From assembly GCA_965644295.1 (NCBI GenBank), contig CBFFRP010000146.1, positions 62,001-126,000 of the forward strand: DNA of 64,000 nucleotides, written 5' to 3'. Shown here piece after piece: positions 1 to 11,628 of this stretch; position 1 is the stretch's first letter; each line of letters opens with the position of its first letter. The stretch is from Paraphysomonas bandaiensis. Its lineage: Eukaryota; Protista; Chrysophyceae. A program made the translations under genes and the position numbers. Under the pieces are notes generated by a model. The model had not been told where the DNA came from. It ran no database searches and saw only the letters and a program-made list of their open reading frames with translations.

Positions 1-339
1 CCCTCCCTCATGAAGAGAAGAAGATATATCGGAATCAGCGCTATTCTGGCGATCAAATGATCTATTCTTGTGAACTCGGTTGTTTGAATGACCGACAGGA
101 GAGGAACTTCCTAATGATTCTGCCTCACTACTTTCATTTCCGCTGTTAAGAGAACTCTGTCGTGATTCTTTCCTTCTAAATAATGATTGTCTTCGAAATA
201 CGGACATAATACTGCTTTTTGTTTTCTTGTTGTTATCATTAGCTGACTTCTGTGTGCCATCACTATCACACTTAGAGTTGCTGCGCTTAGATTTTGTTAA
301 GTAAGAAAGCCATGATTTACGAGGAGGAGATCCACTCAT
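1..339 (-). CDS. 5' part of a hypothetical Ser-rich protein (runs off the window start)
   Basis: ATG at 339 and 113 open codons to the window edge (MSGSPPRKSWLSYLTKSKRSNSK...); translated manually. Divergent from the SCAR gene. Confidence 0.6.
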   Translation of the reverse strand, partial: MSGSPPRKSWLSYLTKSKRSNSKCDSDGTQKSANDNNKKTKSSIMSVFRRQSLFRRKESRQSSLNSGNESSEAESLGSSSPVGHSNNRVHKNRSFDRQNSADSDISSSLHEGG

Positions 340-1249
340 TATCAACTAAGAAAATTTGTAGTGACTTGAGTTGATTGGGTTAATAGAAGACAGTGCAGCT
401 GGTCATATATATGAAAGCTTAAGCTGTATAATACACAATGTGCTATGCTATTGCAACTCCCGACTATGTCCAGCGACAGAAAACATGCAATTTCCGAGGC
501 TGATTAAGATTATTTGCAATAAAGATTCGATATAATCTGCATTAATGAGTATAGAGCGATGTGGTAGTTGAGCGAGAACTGTCATCATATCATTTCAATT
601 AACGGCTGTGTAATTTAACGGTTTCGGGCAGCTGCCCGTGATGTATTTTGTATGTACAGCAGAGTGTATACCCTCCTATATGGATTCTTTCAGCCGTAAA
701 CCAGTACAGAGTATACCATATGGTTTGTGAATCTTAATATACTGTATTTGTGGCATGAAATCCCACATTTATAGTAAAACCCTCTGTCAAAATGTGTTAT
801 AATAACCATGAATTTTGACAACAATACAATGTAGAAACCTTAGAAATTCAATTTTCCGAAACATATTGATGCAAAAAAAACTATAGATAGATCTGCATTG
901 GGGTGAACCTCTTGTACAGCTGTATTCAAGGCGACAACCCTATACATACAGTACCACCATATACCATACACACATACAGCAGCAGAGGTATCCTGAGAGA
1001 GCTGTAGAATATACAGTGAGGTGTGCGTAGTGTAGATATGGGAAATATTCACACTCAACTCACCTCTTGAGTATATATACACACAGCTACAAGAGTTGAT
1101 TAAGCAGATTACCCGATCGGGAATATACCCTCTATTGTATCCATATATTAACAATGCAAGTCGGTGTATCTTCTTCGTAATAAGCTTCTATCCTTCCCTT
1201 AATAAGACTATACATACATACCATACATACAGATACATCATAGCATAAC

Positions 1250-2979
1250 ATGCCTATTGCTATTCGTACAATTTCAAACCCATTTGAATGCACTGATCAT
1301 TCTTCCTATACTAAAGATCGAGATGGAAGTCATGTGTTACAGAGTGCTCATATAGCGAGGTGTGTTATCTCTCCTATTAATACATATGTCTCTTATATAT
1401 ATACGCAGTATGGTGGGCTCTATTCAACAAGTAGCTCTTCTTGCAGATTATGCGACTGAGATATTCAATAACCTTCAACAATATACGGCTAGACTGAATG
1501 ATCGAATCGCCGACATCTCGTCCCGAGCCAATGACGTGTGTCGAAACCTCCCAGATGTACAGCGTATAGTCTCTCAAATAGATACCAGCGCACCTGCTCC
1601 ACACTCCGCATTTAAACAGAGTGAAGTCTCAACTGAAACTCAGATGTTGACTGTACATACACGATCCCAATCTATCAAGGAAAGATATGAGCATGGCATG
1701 GAAAAAATTCCTAATGTCGCAGAGATGGATCACTACCTCACTTCGCTTTCTGAGAAGGAGCTAAGCTCAATGGGATTCCGAGTCAAGGATTCTATGTCCA
1801 AGGTTTCCTGTACTGCTCTCTACTCTGATCCGTCCTTTTTTCTTGATGAGTGGATTCGAGTTGAGGAAGAGCGACAGAAAATACAGAAGGCTGAGAAAGA
1901 TAAGAAGAAGAAAGAGCGCCAAGAGCGGCGTGCAGCCTTGCGATTGGAAAGAGAGAAAAAGCGCAGCGCCCAAAGTAAGCCTGAGAAAAAGAAGGGGCTC
2001 AATTGGAGGGACAGATACCTCGTGTCTAGTGGATCTACGGATATGGGACGTGAGAAAGAGCGGGAAGAGCAACACACACTTGCGGCGGTTACTTCTCGTC
2101 AACAAGCTCTCAGTGGTATATTCGAATCTGTGCCAGATAATGACACTGAAGAACGAGTAGACGAGCAAGACGATAAAACAACTTCAGTGCCTCAAAAAGC
2201 TCCTCCTGTAACTATTCCTTCTGTGGATGACCACTCTTCTCCACCTCCACCTCCCTCAATGCCCCCCCCTATGCCTCCATCGCTACCACAACCTATGCCT
2301 CCGTCGCCACCACAACCTATGCCTCCGTCGCTACCACAGCCTATGCCTCCGTCTGCACCAGAGCCTGTACCACCATCTATACCACAGTCTATGCCGCCAT
2401 CTGCACCTCCTTCTTTGCCATTCCAACCACCAAAATCCCCACCCCCTCCACGTGATCTTTCTCCCTCGAAGCCTCCACCACCTGCCCCTCCTGGTCCCCC
2501 TCCCATGCCTTCTACCGACAAAGAGACGATGCCTCCTCCACCTCCTCGAAGACCTAATCCGACCGGAGAAGAAAGTGAACGCAGTAACTTGTTGGCTAGC
2601 ATCACACAGGGTAAGAAACTGCGAAGTGTTACAACGGATAGTCAGAAGGATGGGAATGGAGACGGTGATGGAATAGGAAATTTACCGAAGTTTTCCAGGC
2701 CTGTTCCAGAGCCCAAGAATGACATACTCAGTGCGATTAGACGAGGGAGTGTTTTACGTAAAGTTAACGTAGAAGAGGTAGCAGCTGCGAAAAAAGAAAA
2801 AGAAAAAGAAACAGTCGGACTATTTGGTATTACCCCGAATATCACTTCTGCTGTGTGTAACGTGCTGTTTTACTTTTGTAATAGGGGGAGATGCTGTTGC
2901 TAGTATTTTGGCTCGTCGGAAAAACATTGAGATGGAAGATTCAGACAGCGAAGAGGATACTGATGATGACGACTGGTAA
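1250..2979 (+). CDS. SCAR: SCAR/WAVE-family Arp2/3 activator (SHD, basic region, poly-Pro, two WH2, C-A region)
   Basis: Exon 1 MPIAIRTI..., intron 1360-1408, SHD-like QQVALLADYATEIFNNL and LYSDPSFFLDEW, K/R-rich coil, poly-Pro, WH2 motifs RSNLLASITQGKKLRSV and KNDILSAIRRGSVLRKV. After an intron at about 2828-2884 the protein ends GDAVASILARRKNIEMEDSDSEEDTDDDDW*, a classic C-A tail with terminal Trp. Confidence 0.9.
2270..2410 (+). repeat. 24-nt coding tandem repeat (PMPPSxPQ) in the SCAR poly-proline region
   Basis: Repeated cctatgcctccgtcgc(c/t)accaca(a/g)-like units, all in frame. Confidence 0.8.
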
Positions 2980-3503
2980 ACTCAATGCTAATTGCCAGTA
3001 ATATGCGTCTATTGTTTTGCTTCCCGTGACAGGGCGTATGAATGCAGCAGTATCACGTAGCTTAGTTTTTATGTCGATGAAATGAACGTGATGAACACAA
3101 CAAGTGTGAACTACTGTAGGGTGTAGGATCGATTAAGTTGGTAAATTTTTTACACTGCGATACTGATAAGTTAAATATGCAACTAGCTACCAAGTAAGTA
3201 GTAAGTAAGATGTTCTTCAATTTCAACATTGTAATCAGTAGTCCAGGCAATTATAATTACTAGTTACCATGATACATACAGTATACAGTAATCATAGTGT
3301 GACGTAGCTGCTAGTGCTACTAAAACTACGCATTAAGTAGTCCTGTTTCTTACACATCAATTTAGAGCAAGAAATATGTATGTATGTAAATACAAACAAA
3401 TAAATTAGAGCTATTACGTCTCGATGTTTCCGTACAACGGCTTTTTAATGTACGATATATATGAATATAAATACTGAAATTTAGTAAAAGAAACGACTGT
3501 AAC

Positions 3504-6500
3504 TCACATTTTAAATGATTTTTTCATTTTTTTCAGCTTTTTGGCACCCTTTTTCATGAGTTTTTGCGCCAAAGACTTCTTCAATCGCCCTCCATTCGTG
3601 GACTCATGTGAACTACTTGCAGTCACGCCAAGGTCTATAGCAATTTCGTGCACATCCCGACTAACCAGAAACTCAATTGTGTTGGATACAAACTCGTTTA
3701 CTAACTCTGATACTTGTTGCTTAACAATGGCTCTTATATTCAATCTCAACTGAGTGCGAGAACGAAATATTGAAACAAGCAAAGCACGTACAATCTCTTT
3801 GACTCCTCTGGATGAAAGAACCTCGTATAGAGCACGTGACTGTAAATCGCCAAGACCAGAGGAATTGGTATTCATTAGTTTCACTGATCTGTACCAGTGT
3901 TGGATTTTGATTGCAGCTTCGGTCCGTTGCTTTTCCACATAGACTTCAACTGGCAGAACAGAACAGGAGTATCCAAAAGCACCCTCCTCAGCAGAAGCGT
4001 TGGAAGGAATAACAGAGTACTGAGCTCGCCGCCTCATTATTTGGTGAGGCATTGAAACAGTAAAGAGACGGCCTCTGTGTTCTGAAGAAAGAAGTTCAAT
4101 CCTAGTCTGGGAAAGGGGGGGAAGTTCATTCATGTGTAAACTCCAATAGTGTAGTAGTCTGTGTAAACAGATTCAGAGTAAGCACGAATTCAAAATTCGT
4201 GCAATATTCCACCTCGCATAAGTTCCAGCAGAGAGAGCGTCACATTCGACCGACGACAGCCCGCCTCTACCACCACCACCAACTCCTGCAAACCGATTCA
4301 TGCTGCGAGGCATCAATCCCTGATTCTCATATATCAAAGTGAAGACAAGGATACGTTCGTAACAGTACCTGCTGCCAAAGGATGAGCTCACTGGGACTAC
4401 ATCTAGGACGAAGGTACTTTACTCGGCGTGTCTCGGGATCAGGAGGACAGTAGTATGGATTTAAAAGTAGATCTCCAAGACAAGAATGCAGAAGAACGTT
4501 TAGATAGGCAAATACCTGTCACAGAATATATTTCAGCTACAAAATTCAGGACAACGTCATATTACCGTTGTATACGGAGCGTCCTGAAAACAGAGCTGTT
4601 ATTACAACCCTCCACAAGCACGACAAAAAATAACATACCTCAGCATCAAAGTCATCAACGAAGCTGGATACAGCTGCCGTGACCTCCTCGTTTCTGCTTT
4701 TATCGCAATTTCCACGAAAGCTACTAAAATATCCAGAAAACGAACACCTGATTACAACTTCAAGGAAACCTACTGAAAACTCAAACTCCGATGGAAATTG
4801 GTTCAGAATCTGATACACGCAGTCCAGGAACTGTAGAAATACTGGTGACGTTTCCTTGTGAGAAAGTCTACCCAGCCTGTGGCCAAACATGTGCCCAAAA
4901 CCCATCCACTCTTTCTCAAGCAATACTATAAACCCCTCAACGGTGCGATAGTATGGGTCCAGTAACAGCTGTGACAGTGCAGATAGCTGCGCCGTTCGGT
5001 CCCAACCATCACTACGTCTTATATCAATGGGATCAATGACACCAAACACGCATACTACCTGCAGTGCACAAGGACAGGGTGACCAATGAGAATGCTTTCA
5101 GCTACAGACAGTGCTCCGCGCAGCACGCTTGAGACATGGGACAGCCACTTTGATGCAGCGTGGTCCGTGCTTTCACCTGCAGTTGCGTCACCAGTACTAC
5201 TACCTTTACCACCGGTCCCAGCCCCTGCAGAAGAAGCCCCATGTCCAGCAGACGAAGAGGAACCACTTGAAGAATAGCTGTCACGTAATTTCTGCAGCGA
5301 CTCACGCATCACATGGATCTACAAGTAAAACGTGAGAATAATAGCGATTCTGGTTTCTACAAACATTTTGAATATCCATGAAAAATAACTGTGCAACTGA
5401 CGGGCCACCAAGAAAATTGCAATTCTCATATCCTTTTCCTTGAATTGCATTTGCTTGGGCATTTATATAGGGACGGGCGTCTGCTATCCGAAGTGGTAGT
5501 TTCGAAGGACAGGCATTATATATTGCTATGCACACTTTTTTGTCTGCCTCAGGCAATTTTGAAAGGCCCGCGAGGGGCTGGGAAGATCGGCACAACGGCG
5601 TACGGGTAGTGGGGTGCATCCAGACGAGGGACGGAAGGCGTCCCCTCGACCTCTCCCGCGCCCCCCTTCGAACATCGTCCTCAGATAGAGAGGTAGGAAA
5701 TACGAGCTCTTTCGGATAAGTGTCGCATATATCATACTTGCTGTTCGCAGTACATATCCACCATTGCGGAGTTTGACATCCACCGCGGCCACCAACAGAA
5801 AGTCGAATATAATCTTTCAGGACAGATGGTGGGGTTATACTCTCCACAAGCCAGTGGGATCTCAGACCAGTGGAACTACTACCACCCCATTTAAGAGTAA
5901 TTGCTTCACGGAATTCACTGGATCGTATGCTGCGATCCTCCTCATCACTGCTTGTGCTTGATGTTTCATGTAATTGACCAGACGGAATATCCGAATCATC
6001 CTCATCCAATAGCTGTGATGGAATCATCGGCTCCAAAGATGCTCGCATACACCGGGCCCAAACTTTCCATACTGCATCCTCCCGCACTCTCCAGCATATC
6101 TCGTCCGAAACACGAGCACACCAAACTAACGGTCGGATATCTTCTGACTGAATTCCATAGCGATAAGAGCGGACATTGAGCTTCATCTGGTGACTAGCTT
6201 CAGCGCCAACATCTTCACTCATGGCCATACTGCTGGAGTGCACAACAACTCGGCGACGACGACTTGACTGCTTCCTCTTCACCACAAACTCAGCCGAAGT
6301 TGAATCTCTGGCAGTAATTTGAATACATGCTGTTTCAGTATCAATAGGGTGGTAACGACAATCCTGGATAGATCCGAGAGGAATCTGGAACATCATACGC
6401 CGTAGAGCCAGAAGCTCAGCTTCATTACGGCAGTCCCCTGCATCCACGGAGGGCATATCAATGAAACTCTGCGGAGTATGGGATATAGACGACGGAACAT

Positions 6501-7243
6501 ATATTACACGCAAATCGGTCAAATAAAGGCTACCCCTGGAAGTTACACCGAAGCGATCTCCAAACGAATTGCTTCCTGCAAAACTCTCCACCTACAACCA
6601 CAAATTAGCCACAGAATAGTCCATAAAAGAATACTATGACCTCAACATTTTCATGTCTATCCAGCAGTATTTCACCAGTAAGTGGTCCAGGAAGCGTATC
6701 CGCCCCCAACAGAGAGAGTGGTGACCATTCCATGTTTAGGAAAAGGGGTGCGTGTTGGATTTTATCAGGGTCAAGCACGTCAGTAAGTGGTAGGAACCCA
6801 ACAATGCGACCCTCCCCGAGCGTATCTTCTGTAAGCTGAAGGGCAATTAATATCGTTCCCGCTGGTCTACTTGGATACAACCCACCAGCACTTGTACTAT
6901 AACCCTCAGGCCGAATGAGTCCATACCATTGGGGTGGACCAATGTTGGATAGAGGAATTCTAGTTTCAGCCACAACTTCAGCAGAATTCTTATCATTCAT
7001 CCACATGACTTCCACATGTAAACTTTCCAAAAACAATGGACGATTATTATCTTTTTCCTTCCCACGTAATTCATTGATGGGTTTCACAGTAGCTTCTTGC
7101 CATACCGGATCTCTAGTTTCATGACTAACAGCAGTACGAAATATTTCAAATCCATTAAAATGAACACTAGCATAGTATGGATATCGATTCACATGATCAT
7201 TACATGGTATATCTAATGCGTTTATTACTTGTATCGCAAGCAT
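3504..7243 (-). CDS. Myotubularin-family PI3P/PI(3,5)P2 phosphatase with N-terminal C2 domain and C-terminal IQ-like motif (multi-exon)
   Basis: C2-like N-terminus (FRTAVSHETRDPVW...WYGL), GRAM-like GSLYLTDLRVIY, myotubularin motifs NSKYDICDTYP, RSRGRLP, RSSQP, DARPYINAQAN. The catalytic HCSDGWDRT is restored by splicing an intron at about 5013-5059. Also LLDPYYRT, EKEWMGFGH and IQ-like AAIKIQHWYRS. Confidence 0.9.
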
Positions 7244-8101
7244 AGTTCTAGTCTCTTAACTAGATGACTAGGGAGGGTATGGAGGGGGAGTTAGAGAGTA
7301 GAGGTGTGTATGGATAGCATCTGTGTGAAGGAAATATATAGAGTGATGTTAGTATATGATTGTGTGTAGTGTGATACTCTGAGGGAGTGTTGCTTGTATG
7401 TATGTGTGTATGAGGAGTGGTGTATACAGTATGAGAGTGATATCAATTAATAGATAGGCTACATACTTACTCAGATCTGCAGGGTATACCTACACGGTAT
7501 AGCTAGTATATACGTACTCTGTATATATGATCGTACCATATGCACAGAGTCGGACTGTATATATATGTGTGTATATCAACAACAGCAATTGATACTGTGT
7601 ATAGTGTATATATACGTATGTACTCTGTCTATATCCTACAGAGCTGATACATAAACTGAAAAATCTACCACTGTACGTAGACTGCTGGATGTGGCTGTTC
7701 GGTGTTCTTATATCCGCGGTTTTCTATCTAAAAGTCATCATTTGTTCAACAACTAGAAAAAAAAACATATACCATCCAGCAATACAGTACACTGGTATAC
7801 ATCCACCATATACCATGTGCATATATAAGTATAGAAGGATTATATAGAAGCAGGACACAAAGCGTGAAGCCGAAATGTTAGTAAGTAAACTGTGTCACTG
7901 GTATTCCAAGAATCCATTATATATATAACACCCATACATTAACAAACGTAGAGATTATTTGAAGTATAGTGTGCTCAGTTGGCTACTTGTATTCCGAGTA
8001 GCCTGTCTATCTATAAACTTGTTCCCATTGAATAATTAATGAGTTGTTCGATGGTATAGAGGCTCTTTATACATAATAATATTTTTTAACAGTGATTTAC
8101 C

Positions 8102-9191
8102 ATGAGTGAAATTGGTGCTATAGGTATGATACTGCATATAATTTGATATGATCTAATCTCCTTGTAGATTGGAGTATAATTAATGAGGCATTGTTTGATG
8201 ATGAACCTGTGGGTGTGACCACAGAAATTAATAGTTCTAGCAGTGCTGCACAGACAGATCAGTCGAAATTACAGCCGCCGGTAAATAAGAGGTACAGTAA
8301 TAATATATATGTCAATGATTTGTATTTACAGTTTTACACAGTTCTGATGAGAAGGAGTCGAAGCTCTCAAGAGCTTCTACGAAGCGTAAGCGGGAGACCC
8401 TCCAAGAACATATTAAGACGTTAGAAGAACAGAATAAATTGATGAGACTATCACTGGCAGAGTATAATATGTCGCCAGCAGATTTGATAAATAAGCAAAA
8501 TGCGAGGCTGGATGTATTCAAAAAGCTCATAGACGTTTTCAATAATGGTGACATTGAGCGACTGACGTCGTATATCATGAGCACATCCAGTGCAGATTGT
8601 CTGTTGCTAACACCTTCTCTCTTTCAAGAATTGCATGGACGCAATGCCGCGGTTCAATTCTGGACCCTGATTCTCGAGTCGTTTCCGGATGGCATATTTC
8701 AGCTTTCTGAGACGACAGTGGAAGACAACGGATTTGTTGCGTCGAGATTTTGCTTCACCGGTACGAAGGTTGCCCCTCTTCCTTCGGACGTCCTTCTGCA
8801 TAGATGGGGGTCATTCAGAGAAACTATACTAAAGAGCGATCCAGGGGCTGCGCCCTCCACTTCGTCATCCACAACGTCAGAGCATTCATCTGGTACCAGT
8901 GAAGCTAAGACGTCCGCAGGGTCCCAACAGGGGAGTGGAACAAATACTGATAGTAGTAATACCGCATCGACATCAGCGGGAGTAATAAATCACTGCCCTA
9001 CCGTCAATCTTACCGGATATATGACTGTTACTTTTAATAGCAGTGAGAAAATAAATCGTTATATATTTGTGTGGAACACTGCATCACTTATTGGACAGAT
9101 TCTTGGACTGTCCAACGGTGATCTAGAAACCATGTCTAGGTTCTTCCATCCAGTATCTGGCCCTGTTCCCAGCCGAAGTGGAAGCAATTGA
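8102..9191 (+). CDS. Hypothetical protein with a basic/coiled-coil (bZIP-like) segment followed by a SnoaL/NTF2-like domain
   Basis: Three exons (introns at about 8124-8168 and 8281-8331) give ...KLSRASTKRKRETLQEHIKTLEEQNKLMRLSL..., then ELHGRNAAVQFWTLILESFPDGIFQL...VASRFCFTGT, which resembles SnoaL-like folds. Confidence 0.65.
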
Positions 9192-10168
9192 GTCACTGTG
9201 TTGTGGTTGTTCGATGTGCTCTTGTTTTGCGGAAGTAGCTGAGTGTATGTCGTCATTATTGTCGGTACATAGTACACAGTGCTTCTGAGCGTTGATATTG
9301 ATCGAAATAAATATATAAAGATATTTGTATCTTGTAGCATAAGTTGTGCCTTTGTATGAAACCATGTAGGACTGGAACTGTACAGTGAGGAAAGAGCACA
9401 GACTCGATTACGTCCCCTTGGTTCAACTGGTAGACGGCCGTAATACATTTAAATCGTAACTTTTACTGTTGTGGTCAGATCATAATACTTAATTAAAACT
9501 ACAATGAAGTTCAATACATTGACGGCTATAATGTAGTATTCATGACCAGTGCGCAGTGTATTGTGTATTGGTAACCAATTCAGTAATGGCAACTTATCTT
9601 TCTCAGTACTCAGTACTAATAACGTACTTAGTGCTTAGAACATCTATTAAGAAGATCTAGTTTGCTCAACTTCAAACTTTGATATATATGTACTGAATTC
9701 ATGAAATGAGAACGATCACATACATGGTTTGAGAATCAAAATTTTCCTCTGCAGTAATAAAGTAATAAAGAGATTTAATTTCAATATTAAACAGAAAGAG
9801 ATATTCAAGCACTGCTGTAAAGTAACACTGCAGATGATTAGGTTGAGGAGAGTAAGAGAATCAGTTATTGTTTCTTACTTTAATTAATGTATCATACTAT
9901 TCTTAATAAAATTACTTTTCGGATATATCAAAAACTAAATAAAAGATATATAACATACACTCTATTATAAATATACAAGATATTTTAACACCATAATATA
10001 TACCCTTTGAAATAAGCTAAGAAAACTCATGTCACTGCAAATCATAGTCGGTTGGTGTCTCAAATACGAATGCGATACGACCTTTACTATTGCGCAAAAT
10101 CATACAGAAAATCGGATAAATAAAGTGGATGCGTAAAAACAAGTAAATTTACACTTAGAGCAGATCAT

Positions 10169-11083
10169 TCAGTCCATAGATTCAAAGTCAAGTTTTTCTG
10201 GTGTGTGAAATGGCTTCTGCCGTTTTCGCACGGAAAACGGAGAATGTGCAGTGCCTTTCTTTCCTTGTGATAATTGAGTCCCGCGACAATGTTCCATATT
10301 GATATTTTCTGACCAATTATTAATCCTCTTTAAAACAATTTTTTCCGAGTTATCCATTATGTAATTAAATTCCTCCCCATCGTCCACTTCGCTATATGGT
10401 CGTTTCACTTGACCCCGTGTATCATCCACAGGAGAAAATACATTACCTATCCGAGATTGGAGTGTTCTCAGTAGTGAGTTCTTTTCATCTTCAAAGTGTA
10501 GTCGTAATGTATGGGCCTTTTCGTAAAGCTCAATGTGATCCTTAAATAATTCGTTGATTGCATCGTTGAGTGTCTTCTTGGTCTTTGCCCACTGTGATTG
10601 TCGAACTTTAGCACGTGTCTCTGCCTCTTTTTCCATTTCAAGGCGCCTTTGTATGAGTGTCTTTTCAAATTCAGTATCAGTGGGAATCGTTTCGATATCA
10701 TCAATAGAATTTATAGAAGCCGTTTTCTGAATATCATCACTGATCGCAGTATGGCCGATTTCAGATAAGTCAACTTTTTCGACGTCACACTCTGCCATGT
10801 AGTCAAACAAATGAGTATATATTCAGTTATGTGACCAAACCATGAGTGTGCTTCCCTACAGATGAATCTCTATAGTCTTGTTTCTTTATATGGTTTGTTT
10901 CTTGCAAGTCATTAGTGGTGGGGTGAGTCTGATATTCTTTCGTTTCTAACTCTGGGTCCAGAGTGAAGAGATCTATATCAAACTCTATATGGGCAAGTAT
11001 TGTTTCCTATAATACCATATTGGTTACATATGACATATAGACATACTCTCAACCTGTGATAGCACGTGACCGTTCCCTTCCAT
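10169..11083 (-). CDS. Hypothetical coiled-coil protein (3 exons)
   Basis: 213-aa ORF extended upstream through GT-AG introns at about 10793-10841 and 11007-11053 to ATG 11083 (MEGNGHVLSQ|ETILAHIEFDIDLF...). Confidence 0.6.
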
Positions 11084-11628
11084 GATGTTAATTCCTGGGC
11101 TCAAGTATAAGACATGATCACTACTGAAGCAAACAAATTACATATATATATATATGTATATATATGCGAACAATCACATATCAAAGTACCCTACGGGAAC
11201 ATAGGAATGACTTCACCGTAAATTACTACTAAAATTTAGCAATACTTCTTATATAAACTTTTTTACAGATAGTTTTATTAAAAAACTGGTATATTATACT
11301 GCTAAAAATATGCGCCGATCAATACTCCTACATTTTATAGACAAGAGAGGAAAAAACATATGTATCTTCAGTGTAAAGTGTGCTATATTCTTTACTGAAA
11401 ACCAGAAAACGACTATTTTCAGGCAAAAATGTCGCTTTTCTATAGTATTATTTTCGTTAGGAAGTGACATTTCTTCTCATTCAAAAACTATGAAGCAAGT
11501 GCTCTACAATACTGTGTACATAACCCTGTAAACACTGACTGATCTTGTCATATATACATATATATAGACAACACTATTAAGAGACTGTGTTTTGGTGAAG
11601 TAATTCGTTTGAATTGATTTGTTTCTCG

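Noticed and set aside
2270-2410. Regular 24-nt repeats as a CRISPR-like array
   Set aside because: No unique spacers, in-frame coding repeat, eukaryotic context.
2192-2676. Gly-rich and His/Leu-rich ORFs overlapping SCAR
   Set aside because: Antisense and alternative-frame shadows of the poly-proline repeat.
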